From Dehalococcoidia bacterium (lineage in GTDB: Bacteria > Chloroflexota > Dehalococcoidia > SM23-28-2 > RBG-16-64-32), in NCBI GenBank assembly GCA_963665775.2, contig CAXXTF010000002.1, positions 1,216,001-1,280,000 on the forward strand: 64,000 nucleotides of DNA. Reading direction: 5' to 3'. How positions within the stretch are numbered: the stretch's first letter is position 1; every line of letters begins with the position of its first letter. The notes under the pieces were generated by a model. That model saw nothing but the letters and a program-made list of their open reading frames with translations. It had not been told where the DNA came from and did no database searches. Shown here piece after piece: positions 12,992 through 22,553 of this stretch. The position numbers and the translations under genes are program-made.

Positions 12992-13025
12992 ATTCTACCC
13001 CCCCCCCCCCAACATAGCCTGTCAA
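12992..13025 (-). promoter_or_regulatory. Promoter with poly-G13 tract in the spacer
   Basis: Minus strand TTGACA 13020-13025, TAGAAT 12992-12997; 22-nt spacer contains C13 (12998-13010 on +). Confidence 0.6.
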
Positions 13026-13196
13026 GAGGTTTGTGGTGAGGTTTCGTAAATATTTTCCTTCACAATCTTCACAAAGTTCGCCCTCCCGCCCCCTCCGGTA
13101 GACACCCGCCCCAGCCGCCGCTACAATGCGGGTTGATGCTGCCCCGGAAGGGCAGCAGACGTTTCCAGACACCTTCTACCTGGCGGAGGGTTTTAC

Positions 13197-14762
13197 GTGT
13201 CCCAACGAGTCAGCATCGACGTTATCCCCCAGATCCGCGACGCCCTATCCGACCTCGTGACCTCCTACGTCAAGGGCAAACGCTTCGGCCGTTACGCCGA
13301 CATCCGCATCGAGGTGAGCGAGGGGATGGCGGCGGTGGCCGAGAACGGCATGGACAAGTTCAGCGGCCAGGACTACGGCTTCGCCTTCGGCGTTCGCGTC
13401 CTGGCCGGAGAGCGGCTGGCCGCGCCGGGCTACTGCGGAGAGATCGTGGGGGCGGCGGACCTGCCGCGCCTCCAGGAGCGTCTGCGGGAGGCCCTGGACC
13501 ACGCCTACGAGAGGGCCGTCGCCAACGCCCGCGGCAAGGAGGAGTCCCGCAGCCGCTTCGGCGTCCTGGGCGAGGCGCTCTACGACATGGCCCTGGCCCC
13601 GGTCGAGGTGCGGCAGGACACCGTAGAACCGCAGTATGAGATCGATCCCAGGCAGGTGTCCCTGGCGGACGCCGTGAAGTACGTGCGAGAGGTCTCGCAG
13701 CGCGTGAAGGACGTGGACTCCAGCGTCGCCTTCAACTTCATCTCGGCCGGTACCCAGATGGAGCGACAGCTGTTCGTCAGCTCCGAGGGGGCGAACATAG
13801 ACCAGACCTGGGCCTACACCCAGGGGACCTGCTTCGTCGTGGCGCAGGGGCCGGAGGGACACCAGGAGCTGTACGACTTCACCGGCCACCAGCGGGGCTG
13901 GGAGCTGATCACCCACGGCATTCAGGAGCGGTTCATTCAGTTCCCGCACCTGATGGCCTTCTCCCTGGAGCTGGCGGGGAACACGGTGACCCTGGCCGCC
14001 TGTAAGCCACTGAAGGCGACCGAGAAGGAGGTGGTGGTGGTCACGGACCCCCACTACAACGCCCTGGTCTGCCACGAGGTGATCGGCCACGCCAGCGAGC
14101 TGGACCGGGCCCTGAAGTTCGAGACGGGATACGCCGGGCGCTCCTGGTTCCTTAAGAACGCCCAGGAGAGCCAGATGGGCAAGCGGGTGGGCTCCGATCT
14201 GGTTACGGCCTTCAGCGACCCCACCATCGACGGCTTCGGCCACTACATGTACGACGACGAGGGGACGCCGGCCCACCGGATATACCACCTAGATAAGGGG
14301 ATATTCAACGGCTTCGCCAACAGCCGCCAGACCGCCTCCATCGTAGGGGCAGAGCCCAACGGCCACTACAAGGCCACCGACGCCTCCCTGGTGCCCCTCG
14401 TCCGCATGTCCAACACCGCCTTCGCCCCCGGCGACCAGGACCCTCATGACATCATCCGGGAGGTGGACCAAGGCTACTACGTCGTCGGCCATCGCATCCC
14501 CTCCGTCGCCGAGTCGCGGGAGAACTTCCGGATCACGGCGATGCGGATGTACGAGATCCACAACGGGGAGATCGGCGAGATGTTCCGGGACGGCGGCCTG
14601 ACGAGCGACAGCCGGGACTACTTCCTGAACGTGGACGCCATGGGCAACGACTTCCGGCTGTTCGCTATCCCCAACTGCGGCAAGGGGCAGCCCATGCAGA
14701 CGAAGCGGATGTCTAATGGCGGCCCCACGATGCGCTCCCGCGCCCGGCTCACGGGCGTATAG
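13197..14762 (+). CDS. tldD: TldD-like metalloprotease
   Basis: YADIRIE, HEVIGH (HExxxH), YDDEG, RMSNT, CGKGQPMQ. Confidence 0.92.
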   Translation: MSQRVSIDVIPQIRDALSDLVTSYVKGKRFGRYADIRIEVSEGMAAVAENGMDKFSGQDYGFAFGVRVLAGERLAAPGYCGEIVGAADLPRLQERLREALDHAYERAVANARGKEESRSRFGVLGEALYDMALAPVEVRQDTVEPQYEIDPRQVSLADAVKYVREVSQRVKDVDSSVAFNFISAGTQMERQLFVSSEGANIDQTWAYTQGTCFVVAQGPEGHQELYDFTGHQRGWELITHGIQERFIQFPHLMAFSLELAGNTVTLAACKPLKATEKEVVVVTDPHYNALVCHEVIGHASELDRALKFETGYAGRSWFLKNAQESQMGKRVGSDLVTAFSDPTIDGFGHYMYDDEGTPAHRIYHLDKGIFNGFANSRQTASIVGAEPNGHYKATDASLVPLVRMSNTAFAPGDQDPHDIIREVDQGYYVVGHRIPSVAESRENFRITAMRMYEIHNGEIGEMFRDGGLTSDSRDYFLNVDAMGNDFRLFAIPNCGKGQPMQTKRMSNGGPTMRSRARLTGV

Positions 14763-14785
14763 CCGAGAGGTATGATGGAGTAGCT

Positions 14786-15175
14786 ATGGGAACCTTCCGC
14801 GTCCCTATAGAGATAGGCGACCCCCAGGGCGACCGGTTCGAACGGGTAGAAGCGCTGGTGGACACAGGGGCCAGCTACTCTGTGCTGCCTGCGTCTGTAC
14901 TGCGTCAGCTAGAAGTGACGCCCCACGATCACGTCACCTTCATCCTAGCCGATGGCCGCGAGATCGAGCGGGAGGTGGGACGAACCTGGGTTCGAATAGA
15001 CGGAAAGACGGAGATCACCCTGGTGGTCTTTGGCGAAGAGGGCACCGAAGCGCTGCTGGGGGCATACACGCTGGAGGGTCTGCGTCTGGGCGTCGACCCG
15101 TACAATCGACGCCTGGTGCCCACGCCGGGGCTGCTTATGACTATGCGCCCGCGAGCCTGCCTGGCGGGGGTATAG
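14786..15175 (+). CDS. Clan AA (retropepsin-like) aspartyl protease
   Basis: ALVDTGASYS and LLGAYTLEGL motifs. Confidence 0.88.
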   Translation: MGTFRVPIEIGDPQGDRFERVEALVDTGASYSVLPASVLRQLEVTPHDHVTFILADGREIEREVGRTWVRIDGKTEITLVVFGEEGTEALLGAYTLEGLRLGVDPYNRRLVPTPGLLMTMRPRACLAGV

Positions 15176-15178
15176 GCT

Positions 15179-16738
15179 ATGATCCCCCTATCCCAACTCG
15201 AACGGGCAGTGCATGACGGCCTCGCCTTCCTCCGCTCTCAGGCGGACGTGGAGGAGGCGGAGGTGTTCGTCGCCGCCAACGGTGTCCTCCTGGCCCGCCT
15301 CAACTACACCTCGCACATCCCCTGCAACGGCGTCGAGGAGCCCAAGTCCGTAGTCAACTACGGGGTCGGGGTCCAGGCCGTCTTCAAGGCCGGAGACGGC
15401 GAGCTCCGCCGCGTCGGCTTCGGCTCCGAGACCTCGGACATCTCCCCGGAAGGCGTCAAGGCGGCCCTGGAGAAGGCCCGCAAGGGTGCCGTGGCCGACC
15501 CCGAGTTCAGCTCGCTGGCCCAGCCCACGGGCGAGCGGCGGCGGCTGACCGCCTACCACGACCCAGCGGCGATGGAGATCGCGGACGCCGACCTCGTGGA
15601 CGCCGGCTGGCGGGTGGCAAACGGGGCGCTGCGCGTCTTCCAGAGCTCGGAGAGCCTCAGCCAGATCGCCGACAGCCCCGACCGGATGCGGGAGCTGGGG
15701 CTCATCGTCAGCGGCGACGTCACCCTCCTTCAGGAGCGGATGGCCATCGCCTCCTACGCCATGCCGGAGGTGCAGACGGACGAATCGACTCTGATCATGT
15801 CCTTCCTCACCGCCATGGTGGAGCGGGAGGAGGCAAAAGGGAGCGGCTACGGCGCCTCCACCACCCTCGCCGGGTTCACGGACGAGGCGGGCCAGGCGGC
15901 GGCCCGCAACGCTATCAGCGGCATCGGCGGCGTGCGCGTGCCCAGCGGCGAGTACCGGGTGATCTTCGGACGGCAGGCCACCATGGAGATCCTCCACTAC
16001 ATCGTGCTGCCGGGGCTGAACACCGGCACGTTCTACGCCGCCGGCTCCCCCTTCATGGGGCAGATCGGGAAGCAGGTTGCCTCGCCCAAGTTCAGCCTGC
16101 ACGACGACGGCGCCGCGGCGGGACTGGTGGGCGCCAAGGGGATCACCTGCGAAGGGCTGCCCACCGGCCGGACCGAGCTAATCAAGGACGGCGTCCTGGT
16201 GGAGCTCCTGTCCAACCACTACGAATCGCAAAGGCTCCAGGGCGACCCCCAGGCCAAAGAGAAGCTGGGCGTCGACCCCAAGGAGTGGGCCTCCGCCTTC
16301 GTGCCCCGGAACGGCTTCCGCTTCGCCCGCGGCGGCGGTCGCCACTTCGACGCCCAGCCGGGGATCCACCCGACGAACGTTATAGCGCCCGGCGACGTGG
16401 AGTCCACCGAGGCGATGGCGCAGCTCATCGGGGACGGCCTGTACATCGGCCGTATCTGGTATACGTACCCGGTGAACGGCCTGCGAGCCGGTGACTTCAC
16501 CGGCACCGTGGTGGCCGACTCCTACGTGATCCGCGACGGACGCATCGCCGAGCCGATCAAGCCCAACACCCTGCGCATCAACGAGAACGTCCGCAACTTC
16601 CTGAACGGCATCATCGGCGTGGCCAAGGAAGGGAAGCCCACGCTAGTCTGGGCGGCCGACGAGATCGTCTACGCGCCGGAGATAGCGGTGGAGAAGGTGC
16701 ACATAGACGCCATCGCCGGCTATATGGAGACGATCTAG
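15179..16738 (+). CDS. TldE/PmbA-like protein
   Basis: TldD/PmbA-type features (SLHDDG, EGLPT, GDFTG), lacks HExxxH; follows tldD. Confidence 0.85.
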   Translation: MIPLSQLERAVHDGLAFLRSQADVEEAEVFVAANGVLLARLNYTSHIPCNGVEEPKSVVNYGVGVQAVFKAGDGELRRVGFGSETSDISPEGVKAALEKARKGAVADPEFSSLAQPTGERRRLTAYHDPAAMEIADADLVDAGWRVANGALRVFQSSESLSQIADSPDRMRELGLIVSGDVTLLQERMAIASYAMPEVQTDESTLIMSFLTAMVEREEAKGSGYGASTTLAGFTDEAGQAAARNAISGIGGVRVPSGEYRVIFGRQATMEILHYIVLPGLNTGTFYAAGSPFMGQIGKQVASPKFSLHDDGAAAGLVGAKGITCEGLPTGRTELIKDGVLVELLSNHYESQRLQGDPQAKEKLGVDPKEWASAFVPRNGFRFARGGGRHFDAQPGIHPTNVIAPGDVESTEAMAQLIGDGLYIGRIWYTYPVNGLRAGDFTGTVVADSYVIRDGRIAEPIKPNTLRINENVRNFLNGIIGVAKEGKPTLVWAADEIVYAPEIAVEKVHIDAIAGYMETI

Positions 16739-16809
16739 ATTACGGTCGCGACGGCTACATCCTTAGCCGCGGCACGGGCACGAGGCGCACAACCAGGGTG
16801 ACGGTCGGG

Positions 16810-17598
16810 CTACCTGGTAGACAGCTCTTCCCGGAGGAGCATCTCGCCGGTGGGGCGGTCACTTCCCCCAGATCCCTCAACGCTGACGCCGATCGCCTCA
16901 GGTGGCCCAGACAGAGCGCTCAGGTCCACGGAAAGCTGGCTAAAGCCGTCCTGATGTCTGAACGTGCCGCCGGACTCCCACCCTTCGTCGGTCAGAAGCC
17001 ATGCCTGGTAGACCTGATCCGCTTGAAGATGAGGCAGGTTGCTACATGCCAGGACGCCCCTCTGACTCGCCGTACTCCAGTAGTAGACGCCGACCGCCTC
17101 GGAATCCGCGGATACGGCCCCAACGTTAAGCTCCTCCATGTCCGGAGCGGCCATGACGGAAAGGATCTGCCGTTGCTCGTCCAGGAGGGCACTGGAGGCC
17201 TGGAGCTGGAACGCCAGCTCGTCATTCTCGTCTCGCAGGTCGTTGACCTCCAACTGGAGGACGGCAGCGAACGCCAGAGCAGCGACCCCTGCCACAGCCA
17301 CCGCACCCGCGAGAGCCGGCCACCCCCGCCCAAGAGCCCGGCGAATACCCCAGAAGCCGCGCTCCCGGCGTCCCTCCCGCTCCGCCTGGGACAGCACACG
17401 ATCGCGCAGGCGAGCCGGCGCCGCCTCGATGCCCACAGCCAGGGAGAGGGCGGCGGCTGTGCGCTGGACCTCGCTAAGCTCCTCCCAGCAGCGTATACAG
17501 TCACTGAGGTGCCGCTCCAGACCCTCCGACTCAGCCGGCTCCGTGGCGCCCAGAGCGTAGGCGTCCAGTAGCTCTCTAACTTCCTGACAGTCCATCAA
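16810..17598 (-). CDS. Anti-sigma factor, RskA-like, with N-terminal zinc finger
   Basis: YALGA, HLSDCIRC (HxxxCxxC), one TM helix, YQAWL, VSVEGSGGSDRPT. Confidence 0.85.
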   Translation of the reverse strand: MMDCQEVRELLDAYALGATEPAESEGLERHLSDCIRCWEELSEVQRTAAALSLAVGIEAAPARLRDRVLSQAEREGRRERGFWGIRRALGRGWPALAGAVAVAGVAALAFAAVLQLEVNDLRDENDELAFQLQASSALLDEQRQILSVMAAPDMEELNVGAVSADSEAVGVYYWSTASQRGVLACSNLPHLQADQVYQAWLLTDEGWESGGTFRHQDGFSQLSVDLSALSGPPEAIGVSVEGSGGSDRPTGEMLLREELSTR

Positions 17599-18203
17599 CG
17601 CCCATCCCGCCTCAGCTCGGGGGCCAAGGTCACTCGAAGCTTCCGCATGCCAAGACGGATGCGGGTCTTCACTGTGCCCAGCGGCTGAGAGAGGCGCTGG
17701 GCGATCTCCTGCTGGGTCAGGCCGCCGAAGTAGGCCAGCTCGATCACCTCCCGCTGCTGAGACGGCAGCTCCGCTAAGGCGTCCACGATCAGCCGGCGCT
17801 GATCCGTTAGCTCAGCGGTCAGCGCTGGATCATCGTTATCGGGGCCCACCAGCTCCCGCTCCTGTTCCTCCGGGGAAGCGGTCTCATGCCGGTAGCGCCG
17901 GCTGCGGGAGCGTATCTCGTCCACGGCTCGGTTGCGGGCCACAGAGGTAAGCCATACGGCGAACCGGCCTCGGTGAGCCACGTAGCTCTCCGGCTTACGC
18001 CAGAGCCTGAGGAATATCTCTTGAACCATGTCTTGCGCTAGATACACGTCCCGCACCATTCGCAGAGTGGTCGAGTACACCAGATCGCCGTATCGGTCAT
18101 AGAGCGCTCGGAACGCCTCCAGATCACGATTGGCAATACGCTGCATAAGCTCCTCGTCATTGAGCCGACTGTACGGGTCTTCCTTGACAGATACGTCTTT
18201 CAT
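17595..18203 (-). CDS. ECF sigma factor (SigK-like)
   Basis: AQDMVQEIF, ARNRAVD, LAYFGGLTQQEIA, LGTVKTRIR. Confidence 0.92.
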   Translation of the reverse strand: MKDVSVKEDPYSRLNDEELMQRIANRDLEAFRALYDRYGDLVYSTTLRMVRDVYLAQDMVQEIFLRLWRKPESYVAHRGRFAVWLTSVARNRAVDEIRSRSRRYRHETASPEEQERELVGPDNDDPALTAELTDQRRLIVDALAELPSQQREVIELAYFGGLTQQEIAQRLSQPLGTVKTRIRLGMRKLRVTLAPELRRDGR

Positions 18204-18328
18204 CGCAGCCTAGATGCCTAACCAGGGGCTCGGCATGCCACTCTCATTCTAGCGGGCAAAACCACCCCCCGCTACCGGAACGTAATACCTTAGCGAGAGG
18301 TTACGCACACCCGAAGGAGGTAGGCCCG

Positions 18329-19405
18329 TTGCGACGTGAAGCTGTCCTGATCCTGGCTCTGGCCCTGTCCGCCCTGGCGATCGTGGCTACAGCCTGTGGC
18401 GGCGGGAGCTCGTCCACGACCACCGTTACCCCTAGCCCAACAGGCACAACGGCAACCCCGAGACCCTCGCCATCTCCGATCATCTCGGTCATCTCCTCAA
18501 CAGCGGACCTAGTGGAGCAACTACGCCCTTCGGTCGTGCACGTCCAGACCGAGATAGGGGTAGGGACGGGCTTCATCATCGATGAGGAGGGGCACATCGT
18601 CACCAACAACCACGTCATCACTATCGACACCGTCCAGCCGGCGAATCAGATAACGGTGACCCTGGCCGACGGCAGCAGCTACGCCGCTTCCATCGTGGGA
18701 CGCGACCGGCCGACCGACCTGGCTGTGCTGAAGATCGACGCTGAGGGGCTGACCCCTATCACGTTGGGCGAGTCGTCCCAGCTTCGGGCGGGGGAGGACG
18801 TGGTGGCCATCGGCAACGCGTTGAACCTGCCGGGTGGACCCACCGTCACCAAGGGGGTAGTCAGCGCCCTGGGACGGCTAATCGAGGACGAAGACCCGAC
18901 TTCCGACATCGTCATCCCAGACGGCATTCAGACCGACGCCGTAATTAACCCCGGCAACTCAGGGGGCCCCCTGGTGGACATGCGGGGCCGCGTAGTAGGC
19001 ATCACTACGGCCGTGATCCGGGGCGCCAACGCCGAGGGGATAGGGCTGGCCATCTCCATAGACCTGGCCAAGCCGATAGTGGCCGAGCTGATCGAAGAGG
19101 GGCAGGTTAACCGCGGCTTCCTGGGCGTGTCCCCAACCCAGATTACGCCCGATCTGGCCGAAACCTTCAACCTGGGCGTCGACCACGGGGTGAGCCTGCA
19201 AGAGGTAACGTCGGGGAGCCCCGCCGACCGGGCCGGCCTGCAGCCGGGCGACATCATCGTCAACATAGACGACACCGAGATTCGAAATATCGGCGAGCTG
19301 TTCCAGGCCCTCATCAAGTACCGGGCGGGGGCAACGGTGGAAGTGGAGTTCTACCGCGACGGCAACCCCCAGACCACGGAGGTGACGTTGGGCGAACGGC
19401 CGTAA
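18329..19405 (+). CDS. htrA: HtrA/DegP serine protease with PDZ domain, lipoprotein
   Basis: Lipobox ATAC, TNNHV, DLAVLK, GNSGGP, GFLGV PDZ. Confidence 0.92.
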   Translation: MRREAVLILALALSALAIVATACGGGSSSTTTVTPSPTGTTATPRPSPSPIISVISSTADLVEQLRPSVVHVQTEIGVGTGFIIDEEGHIVTNNHVITIDTVQPANQITVTLADGSSYAASIVGRDRPTDLAVLKIDAEGLTPITLGESSQLRAGEDVVAIGNALNLPGGPTVTKGVVSALGRLIEDEDPTSDIVIPDGIQTDAVINPGNSGGPLVDMRGRVVGITTAVIRGANAEGIGLAISIDLAKPIVAELIEEGQVNRGFLGVSPTQITPDLAETFNLGVDHGVSLQEVTSGSPADRAGLQPGDIIVNIDDTEIRNIGELFQALIKYRAGATVEVEFYRDGNPQTTEVTLGERP

Positions 19406-19518
19406 CAGGGGTCCCGCGCCCTCCGGCACCCTTGTGGGGCGGGTCAGATTCGCGGTATTCTAATGGATAGAGCGCGCTAGGAGCGCGGCTCAATCAGCAG
19501 CTGAGGTGAATAGTAGAT

Positions 19519-20415
19519 ATGAATAATGTTAAGACGGTTTTCTTGCTGGTCGCGCTTTCCGGCATATTCCTGGCCATAGGAGGAATCATATTCGGTCCGA
19601 CCGGTCTGATCATCGCCGGCGTGATCGCCCTGGCGATGAACTTCTTCTCCTACTGGTCCTCTGACAAGCTGGTGTTGAAGATCGCTGGCGCACGGGAGGT
19701 CACCCCGGACCAGGAGCCACACCTGCACCGCATCGTCGATGATGTGACGGCCATGGCAAAGATGCCCAAGCCCAAGGTGTACGTCATCCAGAACGACTCG
19801 CCCAACGCCTTCGCTACGGGCCGCAACGCCAACCACGCCGCCGTGGCCGCCACCACCGGTATCATGCGCATCCTGGACGACCGGGAGCTGACGGCCGTCT
19901 TCGGCCACGAGCTGGGCCATATCCGGAACCGCGATATCCTGGTGAGCTCCATAGTGGCCACCATCGCCATGGCGATCATGTTCATCGCCATGATCGGGCG
20001 GTTCTCGCTATTCTTTGGCGGCCGCGGCCGCGGCGGCGGCGGCATAATTGGGATCGTCGCCCTGCTGGCGATAGTCATTCTGGCGCCCCTGGCCGCCACG
20101 ATTATCCGTATGGCCATCTCCCGTCAGCGGGAGTTCGGAGCGGACGAGGCGGGCGCCGCCATCACCCGCACGCCGATCTCCCTGGCCAGCGCCCTGCAGA
20201 AGCTCCAGGACCATTCCCGGGCCCGGCCGATGAAGGTGAACCCGGCCGTATCGCACCTGTTCATAGTCAACCCATTCGGCAGCACGCAGAAGCAGACGGG
20301 CGGCGACATGACGATGAGCTTCTTCGGCTCCAACATGCTGAGCAGCCACCCTCCCACGGAGAAGCGCATCGAGCGGCTGAACGAGATCGCCCGCAAGACC
20401 GGCAACTACAGCTAG
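19519..20415 (+). CDS. htpX: Zn metalloprotease HtpX
   Basis: PNAFATGR, HELGH, SRQREFGAD, SSHPPTEKRI. Confidence 0.95.
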   Translation: MNNVKTVFLLVALSGIFLAIGGIIFGPTGLIIAGVIALAMNFFSYWSSDKLVLKIAGAREVTPDQEPHLHRIVDDVTAMAKMPKPKVYVIQNDSPNAFATGRNANHAAVAATTGIMRILDDRELTAVFGHELGHIRNRDILVSSIVATIAMAIMFIAMIGRFSLFFGGRGRGGGGIIGIVALLAIVILAPLAATIIRMAISRQREFGADEAGAAITRTPISLASALQKLQDHSRARPMKVNPAVSHLFIVNPFGSTQKQTGGDMTMSFFGSNMLSSHPPTEKRIERLNEIARKTGNYS

Positions 20416-20440
20416 CCGATACCGCGAATCGAATAGCGGG

Positions 20441-20470
20441 CGGGCCTTGAGAGATCGAGGCCCGCTTTCT
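20441..20470 (+). terminator. Probable intrinsic terminator after htpX
   Basis: GCGGGCCTTGA...TCGAGGCCCGC stem followed by TTTCT. Confidence 0.6.
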
Positions 20471-20611
20471 CATAGGAGTAGTGACGGCTCAAGCCGCGGG
20501 GTGATTAACAAGCTGGGCCGACCCCGCAGCGTCGTCAGGCAGGGCCCGGTGTCCGGCATCACCGATCTTCAGGGTCCTGGTCTGATCGGACACGGAGCAC
20601 TCCTTCTAGAG

Positions 20612-21181
20612 TTACTGGATTCCGCTACCGGCGATCCCTAGCTCCGGCGCCAGCGGCCTCAGGGACTCGATGGCGAAAGCGATGTGCTCGTCCAGATCGA
20701 CGCCGAGCAGCTCGGCGCCCTTAACGATATCTTCTCGGTTCACATTGCGAGCAAACCCCTTGTCCTTCATCTTCTTGCGAACCGCCGCCACATCGACCTC
20801 TTCGATGCTTTTGTGAGGCCGCACCAGAGCGACAGCGATGACCAAGCCCGTGAGTTCGTCCACGGCGTAGATCGCCCGGTCCATGGCGCTCTTGCGCTCC
20901 AGGCCCAGGTAATCCGCGTGACAGAGGACAGCGTAAACGATCTCTTCCGGAACGCCGCGCTGCCGCAGGATCTCCGCCCCCTTCACCGGATGCTCCTCCG
21001 GATTGGGATGTATCTCATAGTCGAAGTCGTGCAGCAGGCCAACGATGCCCCACTTCTCCTCGTCGTCGCCGGAGCGGCGGGCGCAGGCCCGCATGGCGGC
21101 CTCCACCGCCAGGGCATGTTTACGCAACGGCTCCGTCTTAGTGAACTCGCAGAGCAGGTCCCAGGCAGCCTACCGGTCCAT
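20612..21181 (-). CDS. HD-domain phosphohydrolase with in-frame TAG at codon 4
   Basis: RKHALAVE, LLHDFDYE, HP, VDEL; RBS-ATG at 21181 reads MDR*AAWDLLCEFTK. Confidence 0.8.
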
Positions 21182-21183
21182 TA

Positions 21184-21678
21184 TTACTCCGCCTCTTCCA
21201 CGAGGGGCGCATAGACGAAGCCACGAATCGTAACACCGCCCTGCGTCAGATCGACCTGATACCAGAGGTCGCCCTTCCCTGACTCCGCCTCTTCGCCACG
21301 GGCCTCCCCTAACACGGTTGCCCTATCGCCTACGTAGATGGCCCCCAGGATGGTTGCCACCGTCGATGGCGTCTCCCGGACACGCAGGCCGCTGTTCTCG
21401 GCGGAGACTTCGACCTCGAAAGGCTCAGCCACAGGGATCACCTCCACCTCGTCCGCAGGGGTGGCCGTCGCTTCAGGGGTCGGCGTGGTGGCAGGCGTAG
21501 GGCTCCCCGGGCTGGCCTGGGGGGTGATGCTGGGGGTGGGAGACTGTTGGGAGGCGGGCGTGGTACCGGTAGGCGTAGGAGAGCCGTCCTCTAGAACCAA
21601 CTCTGTGCCCCCACCACAGGCCAGAATCAGCGCTGCCCCAGCGGCCAGGGGGAGCAGCACCGCACGGCGGAGAGACAT
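21184..21678 (-). CDS. Lipoprotein with Pro/Thr linker and SH3-like domain
   Basis: ILACGGG lipobox, LRVRETPS, WYQV, GFV. Confidence 0.78.
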   Translation of the reverse strand: MSLRRAVLLPLAAGAALILACGGGTELVLEDGSPTPTGTTPASQQSPTPSITPQASPGSPTPATTPTPEATATPADEVEVIPVAEPFEVEVSAENSGLRVRETPSTVATILGAIYVGDRATVLGEARGEEAESGKGDLWYQVDLTQGGVTIRGFVYAPLVEEAE

Positions 21679-21854
21679 CTGTCGCCTCCTTTCGATCGAT
21701 GTTAGGACGTTAGGACGTTAGACTGAGTGCGGCTAGAGTCACCCTATTATATCAAACGTCGATAACGGGAGATGCGCTACGGCCCTACCCGCCGAGTACG
21801 AAAAGAGCGCCGCCCGTGGGGCGAGACGCAGCCCCCCGAGCCCAGTATCGCTAC

Positions 21855-22553
21855 CTAACCGGACGGCTCGCCGGTCACGCTCTTATCGCCGCCTGCCCCC
21901 GATTGCAGGGCCTCGGCGAACGCCTCTTCCATCTGGGACAGTTGGAGGAAACCGTTGTTCACCATCGTGACGACCCCATTGGCATCCACGAAGATGCTCA
22001 CGGGCATCCCAATGCCACGGTACTCGTTGTACAGGGTGTCGTCTGGGTCCACGCCGTTAACGGTGAAGCTGATCCCTGTCTCCCCATCCAGGCGTGGCAC
22101 CTTCTGGAAAAAGTCGGCGGCCTTCTCCGCGGGCTCGGCCCGGTCCACCGAGATGACGACCAGATCGTCCGGATGGCGATCGAGGAGCTCCTGTATGTCG
22201 GGCAGCTCCTTCACGCAGAACAGGCACCAGGTGGCCCAAAAGTTCACATAGACAACCTTCCCCCGGAAGTCGCTCAGCCGGTGGCGATCGCCCTCGAAGT
22301 CCGACACCTCGAAGTCCGGGGCCAGCTTGCCCGCCTGTGGCCCCACACCCAGGCCCGGCCGACCGGGCGCCGGTTGCGTTTCCAGTAAAAGGACATCCTC
22401 GATCCCTTCTCCACCCGCCTGGTTGCCCAGGAGGCCCGCCAGCAGCAGCCCCAGCACCGCCACGCCCACGATGACTAAAAGCCCGCCCAGCTTCACCAGC
22501 CTCTGCCGCAGATCAGGCGCTCGGGCGCCCCCGTTAGTCTCGTCCGCCATCAT
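21855..22553 (-). CDS. TlpA/ResA-like thiol-disulfide oxidoreductase
   Basis: TM anchor, APDF, NFWATWCLFC, GMPVSIFVD. Confidence 0.9.
   Translation of the reverse strand: MMADETNGGARAPDLRQRLVKLGGLLVIVGVAVLGLLLAGLLGNQAGGEGIEDVLLLETQPAPGRPGLGVGPQAGKLAPDFEVSDFEGDRHRLSDFRGKVVYVNFWATWCLFCVKELPDIQELLDRHPDDLVVISVDRAEPAEKAADFFQKVPRLDGETGISFTVNGVDPDDTLYNEYRGIGMPVSIFVDANGVVTMVNNGFLQLSQMEEAFAEALQSGAGGDKSVTGEPSG

Noticed and set aside
21170-21172. Genome-wide amber recoding or pyrrolysine
   Set aside because: TAG ends many intact genes here and no pyl genes are in the window
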